Source: a plasmid
Sequence record: NZ_LR134454.1
DNA: 64,000 nt
Reading direction: 5' to 3' (one strand)
In this document: piece after piece, positions 29,299-39,943 of the stretch
How the letters are laid out: every line of letters starts with the position of its first letter
Numbering within the stretch: position 1 is the stretch's first letter
Notes under the pieces: generated by a model
The model's database searches: none
Told to the model about the DNA's origin: nothing
Seen by the model: only the letters and a program-made list of their open reading frames with translations
Program-made: the position numbers and the translations under genes

Positions 29299-32200
29299 AT
29301 GGCTGAGAACGAGTACACCCCCCATGAAGGCCCGACCGGCAAGGCCCGCGAGGATCTGAGCCTCGAGGAACTGCGCGCATGGATGCGGCAGTGGATCGCG
29401 GATGCGACCAAGCAGCCCGTCGAGAACATCACGGACGACAAGTCGCTCGACGAGTTCGGCCTGGGTTCGCGCGACGCGGTCTCGATGGCGTCGGACATCG
29501 AGGACTTCACCGGCGTGCAACTGACGGCCACCGTCGCCTTCCAGCACCCGACGATCGCCCTGCTCAGCCAGCGCATCATCGACGGTGACCCGGTGGTCTC
29601 CGACGACGACCTCGCGGCCGAGGCGGCGCAGTACGACCGCGGCGAGGAGTTCGAGAACAACCGCGGCGTGCACGACGTGGCCGTCGTCGGCCTCGCGACC
29701 CGCTTCCCCAAGGCGGGCGAGACCCCCGAGTCGACGTGGGAGTTCCTCATCGGGGGTGGCGACGGCACCACGGATCTACCCGAGGACCGCTGGCTCGAGT
29801 TCAAGCAGGACCCGCGCCTGAAGGCCGTCCTCGACGAGGCCAACACCTTCGGCGGCTACCTCGACGACGTGGCCTCCTTCGACGCCGAGTTCTTCCAGAT
29901 GACCCCGCGTGAGGTCGAGATGGTCGACCCGCAGCAGCGGCTCGCGCTCGAGCTCACCTGGGAGGCGCTGGAGCAGGCCAACATCCCCGCCAGCTCGGTC
30001 AAGGGCACTCGTACGGGCGTGTGGATGGGCAGCTCCGCCAACGACTACCAGATGCTGGCCGTCGCCGACCCGACGAAGGCCAACCCGTACGCGCTGACCG
30101 GCACGTCGACCTCCATCGTCGCCAACCGCGTCTCGTACTTCTACGACTTCCACGGCCCGTCGGTCGCGATCGACACGGCGTGCTCGTCGTCGCTCGTCGC
30201 GATCCACCAGGCGATCCGCAGCCTCCGGGACGGCGAGACCGACATGGCCGTCGCCGGCGGCGTCAACATGCTCATCGTGCCCGCCGCGACGCTGGGCTTC
30301 GACAGCCTCGGCGCGCAGGCTCCCGACGGCAAGATCAAGGCCTTCAGCTCCGATGCGAACGGCATGATCCGCGCCGAGGGCGGCGGCGTGGTGCTGCTCA
30401 AGCGCCTGGCCGACGCCGAGCGCGACGGCGACGACATCCTCGGCGTGATCGCGGGTTCCGCGGTCACCTCCGACGGCAAGTCCAACGGCATCTTCGCGCC
30501 GAACCCCGAGGCGCAGGTGATCAACCTGCGCGACGCCTACATCGATGCCGGTATCGACCCGCGCACCGTCGACTACCTGGAGGCGCACGGCACCGGCACC
30601 ATCCTGGGCGACCCGCTGGAGGCCGATGCGATCGGCCGCGTCCTCGGCCGCGGCCGCGACGCCGAGAAGCCGTTGCTCCTCGGCTCGGCGAAGACGAACT
30701 TCGGTCACCTCGAGGCCGCCGCGGGCATCGCGGGCGTCGCCAAGGTGCTGCTCGCCATGCGGCACGGGCAGATCCCCGCCTCGCTGAACTTCACCAGCCC
30801 CAACCCCTACATCCAGTTCGAGGCCAATCGCCTGCTCATGGCGACGCGGAACACGGAGTGGCCCAAGTACTCCGGCCACCGTCTCGCGGGCGTCACCGGC
30901 AACGGCTTCGGCGGCACCAACGCGCACGTCGTGGTCAAGGAGTACGTGGCGCCCGAGGTCGTCGAGGGCGAGACCGAGTCCGACGAGGCCGCGTCGAACG
31001 CGGTGCCGGACTTCCACCCCGCCACCGTCGAGGGCACCGCGGTGCCGCTCGTGCTCACCGCCTACGTCCCGTCGCGCCGACGGGCCGCCGCCGCCGAGCT
31101 GCTCGCGTGGCTCGAGAGCGACGAGGCGAAGGAGTACACGCTCGCCGAGATCGGCCGCACCCTCGCGAGCCGCAACCACGGCCGCGTCCGCTCGGTGGTC
31201 ATGGCGAAGGACCTCGACGAGGCGATCAAGGGCTTCCGCGCGATCGCCGAGGGCAAGAACGCCCCGAACGTCATCTCCGCCAACCAGCCCGACGCGGCCG
31301 GCCCGGCGTTCATCTTCTCCGGCTTCGGCAGCCATCACCGCAAGATGGCCAAGCAGCTCTATCTCGAGGACCCCGTCTTCAAGCACTACTTCGACGAGGT
31401 CAACGCGCTCATCATCGACGAGTCGGGCAACGACTACGCCGACATGATCACCGACGACGAGCAGACCTTCCACATCGAGACCGGCCAGGTGGGCATCTTC
31501 GCCATCCAGGTCGCGCTCGTCGGGCTGTTCCGCCACTACGGCATCGAACCCGGTGTGGTGCTGCCGCATTCGATGGGCGAGGCCACGTCGGCCTGGGTCA
31601 CCGGCGGCCTCTCGCTCGAGGACGCGGTGCGCGTGATCTGCCAGCGCTCGCGCCTCATGGGCGAGGGCGAGGAGATGCTGCCCGAGGAGATGGAGCGCTT
31701 CATGGCGCTCGTCGAGTACAGCGCCGCCGACATCGAGACCGTGCTCGGCGACTACGAGGGCCTGGAGATCTGCGTCTACGCGGCGCCCACGCACACCGTG
31801 CTCGGCGGCCCCGGCAAGGTCATCGACAAGATCGTCGCCGAGACCGAGGCCAAGGGCCTGATGGCGCGGAAGCTGGTGACGCGCGGCGCTTCCCACACCT
31901 CGCAGATGGACCCGCTGCTCGGCGAGCTGCAGGCCGAGCTCATGGGCATCGAGCCGCACGCCCTGGAGTACCCGATGTACTCCACCGTGAACAAGGACGA
32001 GTTCTACAAGGCCGGCCACGCGCCGGTGCACGACGTGGACTACTGGATCAAGGGCCTGCGCCACAGCGTGTGGTTCACCCAGGCCGTGGAGAAGGCCGTC
32101 GAGGCCGGCTACCGCACCTTCATCGAGTTCTCCCCGAACCCGATCACGCTGATCTCCGTCGCCGCGGTCACGTTCGGCTCCGGCATCCAGGACGCCGCGC

Positions 32201-34413
32201 TGGTGCAGACGCTCAAGCGCAAGGAGGACGAGCCGGGCACGATCATGACCGCGCTCGCCACCGTCTTCGCACGTGGCCACCACGTCGACGTCGCCGCGCT
32301 GTTCGGCCCCGGCCGCTACGCGCCCGTGCCGCGGACGAAGTTCCAGCGCAAGCACATCTGGATCCAGACCAAGCTGCCCGACGGCGGCTCGGGGATGGTC
32401 CCCGGCGGCCACGTCGCGCTGCCCGACGGCCGGCACGTCTGGCAGTTGGACGCCGGCGCGCTCACCCTCGGCGACCAGACGAGGATCCCGCTCGTCGACC
32501 TGGCGAAGCACGCCGCCGTCCAGGTGCTCGACGGTGCCGCGGTCACCGCGGCCGTCGAGCACGGCGAGGTGCGCGACGGGCTCACCCTCACCACCACCCT
32601 GACCCCGCACCCCGGCGGCGCATCGATCCAGGTGCACGAGAACACCGGGACCGGCTTCCGCCTGCTCCTCGACGCCGTCGTCGTGGGCGGCGAGGCCTCC
32701 GGCACCGCCGCGGCCCCGCTCATCACCAAGGCCGCCGCGCCCGCCGTGGAGGAGATGGACGAGCTCGACGAGTCCGAGCCCGAGATCACCGTCTCCGAGG
32801 AGACCGAGGCCCCCGCGCCCGAGGGCAGCGGCGACCGCTGGTCCCCGGAGTCGGGCGAGACGGTGGAGCACCGGCTGGGCCTGATCATCGCCGAGATCAT
32901 GGGCTTCGAGATCGAGGACCTCCCCAAGGAGATCCCGCTCATCGACCTGGGCATGGACTCGCTCATCGCGATGCGCATCAAGAACCGCGCCGAGTACGAG
33001 TTCGACATCCCGCCGATCCAGATCCAGGCGGTGCGCGACGCCTCCTTCAACGACGTGGTGCAGTTCGTCGAGTACGCGGTCGAGCATCGCGACCAGGTGG
33101 ACGCCCTCGCCGAGCACCAGTCCGGCAGTGGCGAACTCGCCGACGCCGGGCAGCTGGCCGAGATGATGAAGGCAGCCAAGGCGGAGGCCGCCGCGAAGGC
33201 CGAGGCCCCCGCCGCCGCGCCCGCCGAGGCCGCACCGGTCGCGGAGCCCGCAGCGGCACCGTCGGACCAGAACACCGAGGCCGACACCCCCGACCTGCTC
33301 GACGGCGCCGCCGTCGCGGCGGCCGTGGGTGACGGCGTGCCCCCGCGCGACGCCGCGGAGCGCCTCACCTTCGCGACGTACGCGATCGTCGTGGGCAAGT
33401 CCCCGGGCGGCGTTTTCAACGAGCTCGACGTGCTGTCCGAGGACGTGGCGGAGAAGCTGACCGCGCGCCTGTCGGAGCGCGCCGGCGGCGAGATCGACAT
33501 CGAGGACGTCATCGACTCGAAGAACATCGAGGAGATGGCCACCTACGTGGGCGCCGTCATGAACGAGGCGACCCCGGTGGACGGCTTCGTCCGTACGCTC
33601 CGCAAGCCGGAGAACACGGACCGTGCGCCGCTCTTCCTCTTCCACCCCGCGGGCGGCAACACCACCGCCTACGAGGCGCTGCTGCGTAAGCTGCCGGAGG
33701 ACCTTCCGATCTACGGCTTCGAGCGCGTCGAGGGCGAGATCGAGGAGCGCGTCGCCGAGTACCTGCCCAAGCTCAAGGAGATCCAGCCGGAGGGGCCGTA
33801 CCGGCTCGCGGGCTGGAGCCTGGGCGGCGCCTTCGCCTACGGGCTGGCGCGCGCCCTCGAGGACGAGGGCAAGGAGGTGGCGTACGTCGGCCTGCTCGAC
33901 GTCGTGGCGCCGAAGGTCCCGCTCACCGACGAGCCCGCCGAGAAGAAGGCCCGCCTGGAGCGCTGGGAGAAGTTCGCGCGCAAGAACTACGACATCGGCG
34001 ATGAGATCGAGCTGCCCATGGACCGCCTCAACGCGGCCGACGACGAGGGCCAGTTCCGGATCATCATGGAGCTGGTGCAGCTGTCCGACAAGAAGATCCC
34101 GACGTCGATGATCGAGCATCAGCGCACGTCCTTCGTGGACAACCGCATGCTGATCAAGGTGAACCCGGCCGACTACGGGAAGTTCGGCGGCACGGTCACG
34201 CTGTACCGCGCGGACCGCATGCACGACGGCGCCGTCGAGCTGGAGCCGAACTTCGCGGACATCGCGCCGGACGGCGGCTGGGGTCCGGTCGTCGAGGACC
34301 TGCGGATCGTCAAGATCGGCGGCGACCACCTGCAGCTCATCGGCGAGCCGTACATCGGCAAGATCGCGACGCACATGGCGGACGAGCTCAACCGGGCCGA
34401 CGGCGGCCGGTGA
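29299..34413 (+). CDS. pks13: polyketide synthase Pks13 (ACP-KS-AT-ACP-TE), mycolic acid condensase
   Basis: 1704 aa. N-terminal ACP (LGSRDAVSM), KS (DTACSSSLVA), AT (GHSMGE), second ACP (LGMDSLIAM) and TE (GWSLGG). Confidence 0.95.
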   Translation: MAENEYTPHEGPTGKAREDLSLEELRAWMRQWIADATKQPVENITDDKSLDEFGLGSRDAVSMASDIEDFTGVQLTATVAFQHPTIALLSQRIIDGDPVVSDDDLAAEAAQYDRGEEFENNRGVHDVAVVGLATRFPKAGETPESTWEFLIGGGDGTTDLPEDRWLEFKQDPRLKAVLDEANTFGGYLDDVASFDAEFFQMTPREVEMVDPQQRLALELTWEALEQANIPASSVKGTRTGVWMGSSANDYQMLAVADPTKANPYALTGTSTSIVANRVSYFYDFHGPSVAIDTACSSSLVAIHQAIRSLRDGETDMAVAGGVNMLIVPAATLGFDSLGAQAPDGKIKAFSSDANGMIRAEGGGVVLLKRLADAERDGDDILGVIAGSAVTSDGKSNGIFAPNPEAQVINLRDAYIDAGIDPRTVDYLEAHGTGTILGDPLEADAIGRVLGRGRDAEKPLLLGSAKTNFGHLEAAAGIAGVAKVLLAMRHGQIPASLNFTSPNPYIQFEANRLLMATRNTEWPKYSGHRLAGVTGNGFGGTNAHVVVKEYVAPEVVEGETESDEAASNAVPDFHPATVEGTAVPLVLTAYVPSRRRAAAAELLAWLESDEAKEYTLAEIGRTLASRNHGRVRSVVMAKDLDEAIKGFRAIAEGKNAPNVISANQPDAAGPAFIFSGFGSHHRKMAKQLYLEDPVFKHYFDEVNALIIDESGNDYADMITDDEQTFHIETGQVGIFAIQVALVGLFRHYGIEPGVVLPHSMGEATSAWVTGGLSLEDAVRVICQRSRLMGEGEEMLPEEMERFMALVEYSAADIETVLGDYEGLEICVYAAPTHTVLGGPGKVIDKIVAETEAKGLMARKLVTRGASHTSQMDPLLGELQAELMGIEPHALEYPMYSTVNKDEFYKAGHAPVHDVDYWIKGLRHSVWFTQAVEKAVEAGYRTFIEFSPNPITLISVAAVTFGSGIQDAALVQTLKRKEDEPGTIMTALATVFARGHHVDVAALFGPGRYAPVPRTKFQRKHIWIQTKLPDGGSGMVPGGHVALPDGRHVWQLDAGALTLGDQTRIPLVDLAKHAAVQVLDGAAVTAAVEHGEVRDGLTLTTTLTPHPGGASIQVHENTGTGFRLLLDAVVVGGEASGTAAAPLITKAAAPAVEEMDELDESEPEITVSEETEAPAPEGSGDRWSPESGETVEHRLGLIIAEIMGFEIEDLPKEIPLIDLGMDSLIAMRIKNRAEYEFDIPPIQIQAVRDASFNDVVQFVEYAVEHRDQVDALAEHQSGSGELADAGQLAEMMKAAKAEAAAKAEAPAAAPAEAAPVAEPAAAPSDQNTEADTPDLLDGAAVAAAVGDGVPPRDAAERLTFATYAIVVGKSPGGVFNELDVLSEDVAEKLTARLSERAGGEIDIEDVIDSKNIEEMATYVGAVMNEATPVDGFVRTLRKPENTDRAPLFLFHPAGGNTTAYEALLRKLPEDLPIYGFERVEGEIEERVAEYLPKLKEIQPEGPYRLAGWSLGGAFAYGLARALEDEGKEVAYVGLLDVVAPKVPLTDEPAEKKARLERWEKFARKNYDIGDEIELPMDRLNAADDEGQFRIIMELVQLSDKKIPTSMIEHQRTSFVDNRMLIKVNPADYGKFGGTVTLYRADRMHDGAVELEPNFADIAPDGGWGPVVEDLRIVKIGGDHLQLIGEPYIGKIATHMADELNRADGGR

Positions 34414-34432
34414 GCTCCGGGCAGGGGATAGG

Positions 34433-36007
34433 GTGACAGACGTGACGGACGTATCGGACCAGGTCGACCTCAGCACCACCGCGGGCAAGCTCGAGGATCT
34501 GTACCGCCGCCTCGAGGCGGCCAAGGATCCCGGCAGCGAGCGGGCGCGTGCCCGCCGCGACGCGAAGGGCCTGCCCAGCGCGCGTGCGCGGATGAACATG
34601 CTGTTCGACGCGGGCACCTTCGTCGAGCTGGATCAGCTCGCGAAGTCGCCCGGCGACGACAAGATCAAGGACGGCGTGGTCATCGGCTACGGCCTGGTCA
34701 ACGGCCGGAAGGTCGCGGCCTTCAGCCACGACCAGACCGTCGGCGCCGGCACCGTCGGCGAGATGTTCGGCCGCAAGATGGTCAAGCTGTACGACTTCGC
34801 GGCGGCCGCGGGCCTGCCGGTGGTCGGCATCAACGACTCGGGCGGCGCCCGCATCCAGGACGCGGCCACGTCGATCGCGTGGTACGCCGAGCTCGGCCGC
34901 CACCAGGACGGCCTGTGCGGCCAGGTCCCGCAGATCTCCATGATCCTCGGCACCTGCGTGGGCGGCGCGGTCTACGCGCCCGCCAACACCGACGTCCTCG
35001 TCGGCGTGCAGGACAACACCTACATGTTCGTCACCGGCCCCGAGGTGATCCGCCCGACCACGGGCGAGACCACCTCCGCGGAGGACCTCGGCGGCGCGGT
35101 CAAGCAGGCCCAGTGGGGCAACCTGCACCACGTCGCGGTCGACGAGGCGGCGGCCTTCGACTGGGTCAAGCGCTACCTCGGCTTCATGCCGGACTCGATC
35201 CACCAGCGCGCGCCGCTGGTCAACCCGGGGCTGGAGCCGGAGCTCACCGACTCGGACCTCTCGCTCGAGTCGATCATCCCGGACGCCGACACCGCCGGCT
35301 ACGACATCCACGACGTGATCCTGCGGGTCTTCGACGACGGCGACTTCCTCGAGTACGCCGAGCTGTGGGCGCCGAACATCGTGACCGGCTTCGCCCGCGT
35401 CGACGGCCAGCCCGTCGGCGTCGTCGCGAACCAGCCGATGCACATGGCCGGCACGCTCGACACGCAGGCCTCGGAGAAGGCCGCGCGGTTCGTGCGCCTG
35501 TGCAACTCGTTCAACATCCCGCTCGTCTTCCTCGTGGACGTCCCCGGCATCCTGCCCGGCGTCGAGGAGGAGAAGATCGGCACCATCCGCCGGTCGGGCA
35601 AGTTCATCTTCAGCTACGTCGAGGCGGCCGTCCCGAAGGTCACCATCATCCTGCGCAAGTCCTACGGCGGCGCGTGGGCCGTGATGGGCTCCAAGCAGCT
35701 GGGTGCCGACTTCGTCTTCGCGTGGCCGACGGCGCGCCTGGCCGTGATGGGTGCCGAGGGCGCGGCCGCGATCATCAAGCGGCGCGAGATCGAGGAGGCC
35801 GGCGAGAACGGCCCCGCGATCCGGCAGGCCTTCATCGACTTCTACAACCAGTTCATGGCGACGCCGTGGCTGGCGGCCGAGCGCGGGTACATCGACGGCG
35901 TGATCGAGCCGAAGGAGACCCGCCTGCTGATCCGCAAGTCGATCGCGCAGCTGCGCGACAAGGAGCTGCAGCGCGTGCCGCGCCGCACCTACCTCATGCC
36001 GATGTAA
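34433..36007 (+). CDS. accD4: acyl-CoA carboxylase carboxyltransferase beta subunit AccD4
   Basis: Carboxyltransferase N- and C-domains. GTG start. Adjacent to pks13. Confidence 0.95.
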   Translation: MTDVTDVSDQVDLSTTAGKLEDLYRRLEAAKDPGSERARARRDAKGLPSARARMNMLFDAGTFVELDQLAKSPGDDKIKDGVVIGYGLVNGRKVAAFSHDQTVGAGTVGEMFGRKMVKLYDFAAAAGLPVVGINDSGGARIQDAATSIAWYAELGRHQDGLCGQVPQISMILGTCVGGAVYAPANTDVLVGVQDNTYMFVTGPEVIRPTTGETTSAEDLGGAVKQAQWGNLHHVAVDEAAAFDWVKRYLGFMPDSIHQRAPLVNPGLEPELTDSDLSLESIIPDADTAGYDIHDVILRVFDDGDFLEYAELWAPNIVTGFARVDGQPVGVVANQPMHMAGTLDTQASEKAARFVRLCNSFNIPLVFLVDVPGILPGVEEEKIGTIRRSGKFIFSYVEAAVPKVTIILRKSYGGAWAVMGSKQLGADFVFAWPTARLAVMGAEGAAAIIKRREIEEAGENGPAIRQAFIDFYNQFMATPWLAAERGYIDGVIEPKETRLLIRKSIAQLRDKELQRVPRRTYLMPM

Positions 36008-37357
36008 ATGGCGTCGCTGGAAGGCTTTCCGCAGCTCACGGGTTCAGTCCTCACGGACCCGGACGTGACCGCGGCGTACGCCGTCGACCACTGCTCGCCG
36101 GTGCACGGCGCCGTCCCGCTCGCGGTCGTGCTCGCCGAGACCACCGAGGACGTCGCCGCCGCGGCGGCCTGGTGCTACGCCAACGACGTGGTCATCGTGC
36201 CGCGCGGCGCGGGCAGCGGCCTCGCCGGCGGCGCCAGCGCCATCGAGGGCTGCGTGATCATCTCGCTCGCGAAGATGAACGCGATGCTCGAGATTAACGT
36301 GGCGGATCAGTACGCCCGCGCGGAGGCCGGCGTCCTCAACGCCGACCTCGACCGCGCGGTCCGTGAGCACGGGCTGATGTACCCGCCGGACCCGTCGTCG
36401 TTCGAGATCTGCTCCATCGGCGGCAACGTCGCGACCAATGCCGGCGGCCTGCGCTGCGTCATGTACGGCGTCACCCGCGAGTACGTGCTCGGGCTGACGG
36501 TCGTGCTGCCCGACGGCCGGATCATCCGGACCGGTCGGCGCACGGTCAAGGGCGTCACCGGCTACGACCTGACCCAGCTGCTCGTCGGCAGCGAGGGCAC
36601 CCTCGGCATCGTCACCGAGGTCACCGTCAAACTCCGTCCGGCGCCGGTGATCCCGCCGACGACCGTCGCCGCCTCGTTCCCGGACGTCGTGAGCGCCGCG
36701 GCCGCCGTCGCGGCCGTGGTCGGCACGGGCGTCGTACCCGCGCTCATGGAACTCATGGACCGCCGCACGCTCGAGTGCGTGGAGGCGCTGCGCCCCTTCG
36801 GCCTCGAGGACGAGACCCGGGCGATGCTCATCGGCCAGGGCTCGACGCCCGCGGACGCCGAGGTGCTGGCCCGCGAGTTCGAGGCCGCCGGAGCGCATTA
36901 CACCGTGGTCTCCGACGATCCCGTCGAAGCGGCCGAGCTGCTGGCCGTGCGCCGCGCCGCCTTCCACGCCTACGAGCACGCGGGCAACATCTTCTCCGAG
37001 GACGTGGGCGTGCCCCGCTCGCAGCTGCCGGAGATGTTCGCCCGCATCGAGGCGATCTCCGCGAAGTACGACGTCGACATTCCCACGTGCGCGCACGCGG
37101 GCGACGGCAACCTGCACCCCACGCTGATCTATCCGAAGGACGAGCGCGAGGTGCCCCAGGCCATCTGGGACGCCGCCGACGAGGTGTTCCAGGCCGCCCT
37201 CGCCCTCGGCGGCACCCTCACGGGCGAGCACGGCGTCGGCGTCCTCAAGGCCCGCTGGGTGGGCGAGGAACTGTCCGAGGACGTCCTCGAGCTGCACCGC
37301 GGCATCAAGGCCGTCTGGGACCCGAAGAACCTCCTCAACCCGGGCCGCGGCTTCTAG
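36008..37357 (+). CDS. FAD-binding oxidoreductase (GlcD-like)
   Basis: PCMH FAD-binding domain (VVIVPRGAGSGLAGGA). ATG immediately after the accD4 TAA. Confidence 0.8.
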   Translation: MASLEGFPQLTGSVLTDPDVTAAYAVDHCSPVHGAVPLAVVLAETTEDVAAAAAWCYANDVVIVPRGAGSGLAGGASAIEGCVIISLAKMNAMLEINVADQYARAEAGVLNADLDRAVREHGLMYPPDPSSFEICSIGGNVATNAGGLRCVMYGVTREYVLGLTVVLPDGRIIRTGRRTVKGVTGYDLTQLLVGSEGTLGIVTEVTVKLRPAPVIPPTTVAASFPDVVSAAAAVAAVVGTGVVPALMELMDRRTLECVEALRPFGLEDETRAMLIGQGSTPADAEVLAREFEAAGAHYTVVSDDPVEAAELLAVRRAAFHAYEHAGNIFSEDVGVPRSQLPEMFARIEAISAKYDVDIPTCAHAGDGNLHPTLIYPKDEREVPQAIWDAADEVFQAALALGGTLTGEHGVGVLKARWVGEELSEDVLELHRGIKAVWDPKNLLNPGRGF

Positions 37358-37377
37358 GCCTCGCTGCGCTCGATGCC

Positions 37378-37462
37378 GTCCCTAGCGGGGCGGCGCTCCC
37401 CCCATGTCCATGGACAGGGGGAGTGCACGGCGCGCGGAGGCGGTGCGCGTCCCGCTAGGGAG
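37378..37462. terminator. nested palindromic structure between convergent genes
   Basis: Outer inverted repeat GTCCCTAGCGGG / CCCGCTAGGGAG (11/12) encloses an inner C5-ATGTCCATGGACA-G5 palindrome. No U-tract. Confidence 0.4.
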
Positions 37463-37488
37463 GGGCCGACGGTGCGCCGTCGCGACGG

Positions 37489-38373
37489 TCAGGCCGAGTG
37501 CCACGGGGCAGCGGACACGTCGGCGACCTCCTGCGCAGCGGCCGCGGCCACCTCGATCGCGTCGGGCGTCCACGGCCGCGAGACGCCGAGCACGAGGTGA
37601 TCGACGCCCCACCCCGCGGCGGTCCGGGCGCGCGCGGCGAGCTCGGCCGCGGTCTCCGCGGGGCCGAGCCGCGTGCTCAGCGTCGTCTCGATGTCCGACG
37701 GTGCCCGGCCGAGGTCCCGGCAGTGCCCGGCGAGCACCGCGAGCTTGCGCCGGACGGTCGCGCCCTCGTCGGGGATGTCGAAGACGTTGCAGGCGTCGGC
37801 GTACTGGGCCACCAGCCGCAGGGTGCGGCGCTCGCCGGCCCCGCCGACCAGGATCGGCGGCCGGGCGGCGGGCAGCGGCGACAGCCGGGGCCGCTCGCAG
37901 CGCACCGTCGTACCGGGGAACGGGGATTCGTCGCCGCACCAGATCCGGTGGGCGAGGCGCAGCGTGTCCTCCGTGGCGTCGAGCCGCGTGCGGGCGTCGG
38001 GGAACGGCAGGCCCATGTCGGCCGCCTCGGCGCCGTGGTGGCCCGCCCCGAGTCCGAGCCACGCGCGGCCGCCGGAGAGGAGGGCGAGCGTGGTGACGGC
38101 CGCGATCAGCACCGACGGCGGGCGGAAGGTCGCGGGGGAGACCATGGCGCCCAGCCGGATCCGCTCGGTCCGCGCGGCGAGGTGACCGAGGGTCGTGTAC
38201 GCCTCGAGATGATCGTGGTCCTCGGGCGGCGCGGTCGGGTCGACCTGCAGCAGGTGGTCCGCCACCCACAGCGTGTCGAAGGCCGCGTCGTCGGCCATCG
38301 CGGCGACGCGGAGCAGGCCGGGCAGCGGGCCTTCGGGGAACGACGGATTCGTCACGGACAGGCTGATTCTCAC
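37489..38373 (-). CDS. LLM-class F420-dependent oxidoreductase
   Basis: LLM fold motifs (FDTLWVADHL, GLGAGHHGAE). Confidence 0.8.
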   Translation of the reverse strand: MRISLSVTNPSFPEGPLPGLLRVAAMADDAAFDTLWVADHLLQVDPTAPPEDHDHLEAYTTLGHLAARTERIRLGAMVSPATFRPPSVLIAAVTTLALLSGGRAWLGLGAGHHGAEAADMGLPFPDARTRLDATEDTLRLAHRIWCGDESPFPGTTVRCERPRLSPLPAARPPILVGGAGERRTLRLVAQYADACNVFDIPDEGATVRRKLAVLAGHCRDLGRAPSDIETTLSTRLGPAETAAELAARARTAAGWGVDHLVLGVSRPWTPDAIEVAAAAAQEVADVSAAPWHSA

Positions 38374-38385
38374 GGGGCTCTCCTT

Positions 38386-39039
38386 CTACGTCGGTCCGTC
38401 TCCGTCGGGTTCGGCGGGAATGGGTGCGAGGCCGCGGATGAGGACGTCGACCGCCGCGGCCCCCTCGGGCAGCACGATCGTGGCGATCGCGGCACCGGTC
38501 AGCCCGGTCGCCGCGAGGCGGTGGACCTCGAGGGTCATCGCCTGCGTGATGCCGACCGCCGCGGTCGCGAGGGCCCGGGCGCGGATCGCGCCCGGGGAGT
38601 CCTCCGCGAGGAGCTCAGCGAGATCCGTCGCCGTGGCCTCGGCGATGAGGAGCTCGCGGGCCCGCAGCGCGGGGCTGGCGGCGATGATCTCGCGCACGCG
38701 CACCAGCCCCGCCGTCGCGCGGGGATCGTCGTCCGCGAGCAGGCCGCGCGGTTCGAGGAGGTGCGCACGGAAGGCACCGAGCACAGAGGTGCCCGGTGCG
38801 CGGTCGCGCAGCGTCGCGATCAGGCGTTCGCCGTACTCCGCCATGCCGTGCAGGACCAGGTCCTCCTTGGTGGGGAAGTAGTTGAAGACGGTGGCGGGGG
38901 AGACGCCGGCCTCCCGGGCCACCTCGGTGACGGTGACGCCGTCGAAGCCGCGGTCGGCGAACAGCGTGAGGGCCACGTCCTGGATCCGCCGCCGCGTGTC
39001 GATCTTCTTCTGCTCGCGCAGACCGACCTGCTGCGTCAC
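38386..39039 (-). CDS. TetR family transcriptional regulator
   Basis: N-terminal TetR HTH (RRRIQDVALTLFADRGFDGVTVTEVAREAGVSPATVFNYF). Confidence 0.85.
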   Translation of the reverse strand: MTQQVGLREQKKIDTRRRIQDVALTLFADRGFDGVTVTEVAREAGVSPATVFNYFPTKEDLVLHGMAEYGERLIATLRDRAPGTSVLGAFRAHLLEPRGLLADDDPRATAGLVRVREIIAASPALRARELLIAEATATDLAELLAEDSPGAIRARALATAAVGITQAMTLEVHRLAATGLTGAAIATIVLPEGAAAVDVLIRGLAPIPAEPDGDGPT

Positions 39040-39054
39040 GCGCGCCTCCTCGAA

Positions 39055-39095
39055 TAGTTACTGTTGCTCTAAAGTTAGAGTTACTCTAACATGGC
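39055..39095. promoter_or_regulatory. candidate TetR operator: TAGTTACTGTTGCTCTAAAGTTAGAGTTACTCTAACA
   Basis: AT-rich element in the tetR/MDMPI divergent intergenic region. Inverted repeat CTCTAA-AG-TTAGAG and direct repeat AGTTACT. Confidence 0.4.
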
Positions 39096-39137
39096 GGATG
39101 ACGCACCACCACCGGCCCGAACGCAGGAGGAGCGACG

Positions 39138-39914
39138 ATGCACACCGAGACCTACCTGGACGCGGTCGTCGAACAGACCGGCATCCTCGCGGACTGGGTG
39201 CACGCGCGGGAGCCGGCGACGCCGGTGCCGACCGCACCGAAATGGACGCTCGCGGACCTGGTCGAGCACGTCGGCGCCACGCAGCGCATGGTCCGGTTGC
39301 TCGTCGCGGGGAGGCTCACGGACCCCGGGGCGGCCTTCGCCGACCAGGAGCCGGCGCCCGCCGACCCGGCCGCCTGGCGGGACTGGCTGAACGCCAACGC
39401 GGTCGCCGCGCGGGACGCGTTCGCCCCGGTCACCGACACCACGCCCGTGTGGGACCCCTCCGGCGCCGCCGCGGGCGTGCCCTTCTGGTCGCGCCGGCTG
39501 TTCGGCGAGGCCTGCGTGCACCGCGCGGATGCCGCGGCCGCGCTGGACCTGGCCTACGCGCTGCGGCCCGAGTACGCCGCGGCCGCGGTCGACGACTGGC
39601 TCGACACCCTCACCTCCGCCGGCTACTGGACGAACCGGCCGGATTTCGCGGCCGCCGTGCGCGGCGCGGGCCAGACCCTGTGCTTCGCCCCCACCGATGC
39701 GGCGGGCGGCTGGCTCGCACGGCGCGGACCGGACGGGGTCGGCCTGGAGCGCGCTGCCGCGCCGGCCGACGTCACCCTGCGCGGCCCGGCCGTCGAGCTG
39801 CTGCTCGTGCTGAGCAGGCGCCGGCCGCTCGCCGCCGCCGAGGGACTCGTCGTGCAGGGCGATCGGGCGCTGCTCGACCACTGGATCGACCACATGGACT
39901 GGGTCGCCGACTGA
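39138..39914 (+). CDS. mycothiol-dependent maleylpyruvate isomerase N-terminal domain family protein
   Basis: MDMPI_N-like start (WTLADLVEHVGATQRM). Confidence 0.7.
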   Translation: MHTETYLDAVVEQTGILADWVHAREPATPVPTAPKWTLADLVEHVGATQRMVRLLVAGRLTDPGAAFADQEPAPADPAAWRDWLNANAVAARDAFAPVTDTTPVWDPSGAAAGVPFWSRRLFGEACVHRADAAAALDLAYALRPEYAAAAVDDWLDTLTSAGYWTNRPDFAAAVRGAGQTLCFAPTDAAGGWLARRGPDGVGLERAAAPADVTLRGPAVELLLVLSRRRPLAAAEGLVVQGDRALLDHWIDHMDWVAD

Positions 39915-39943
39915 GGCGCGCCCACCGACCCGAGGAGGAACCC

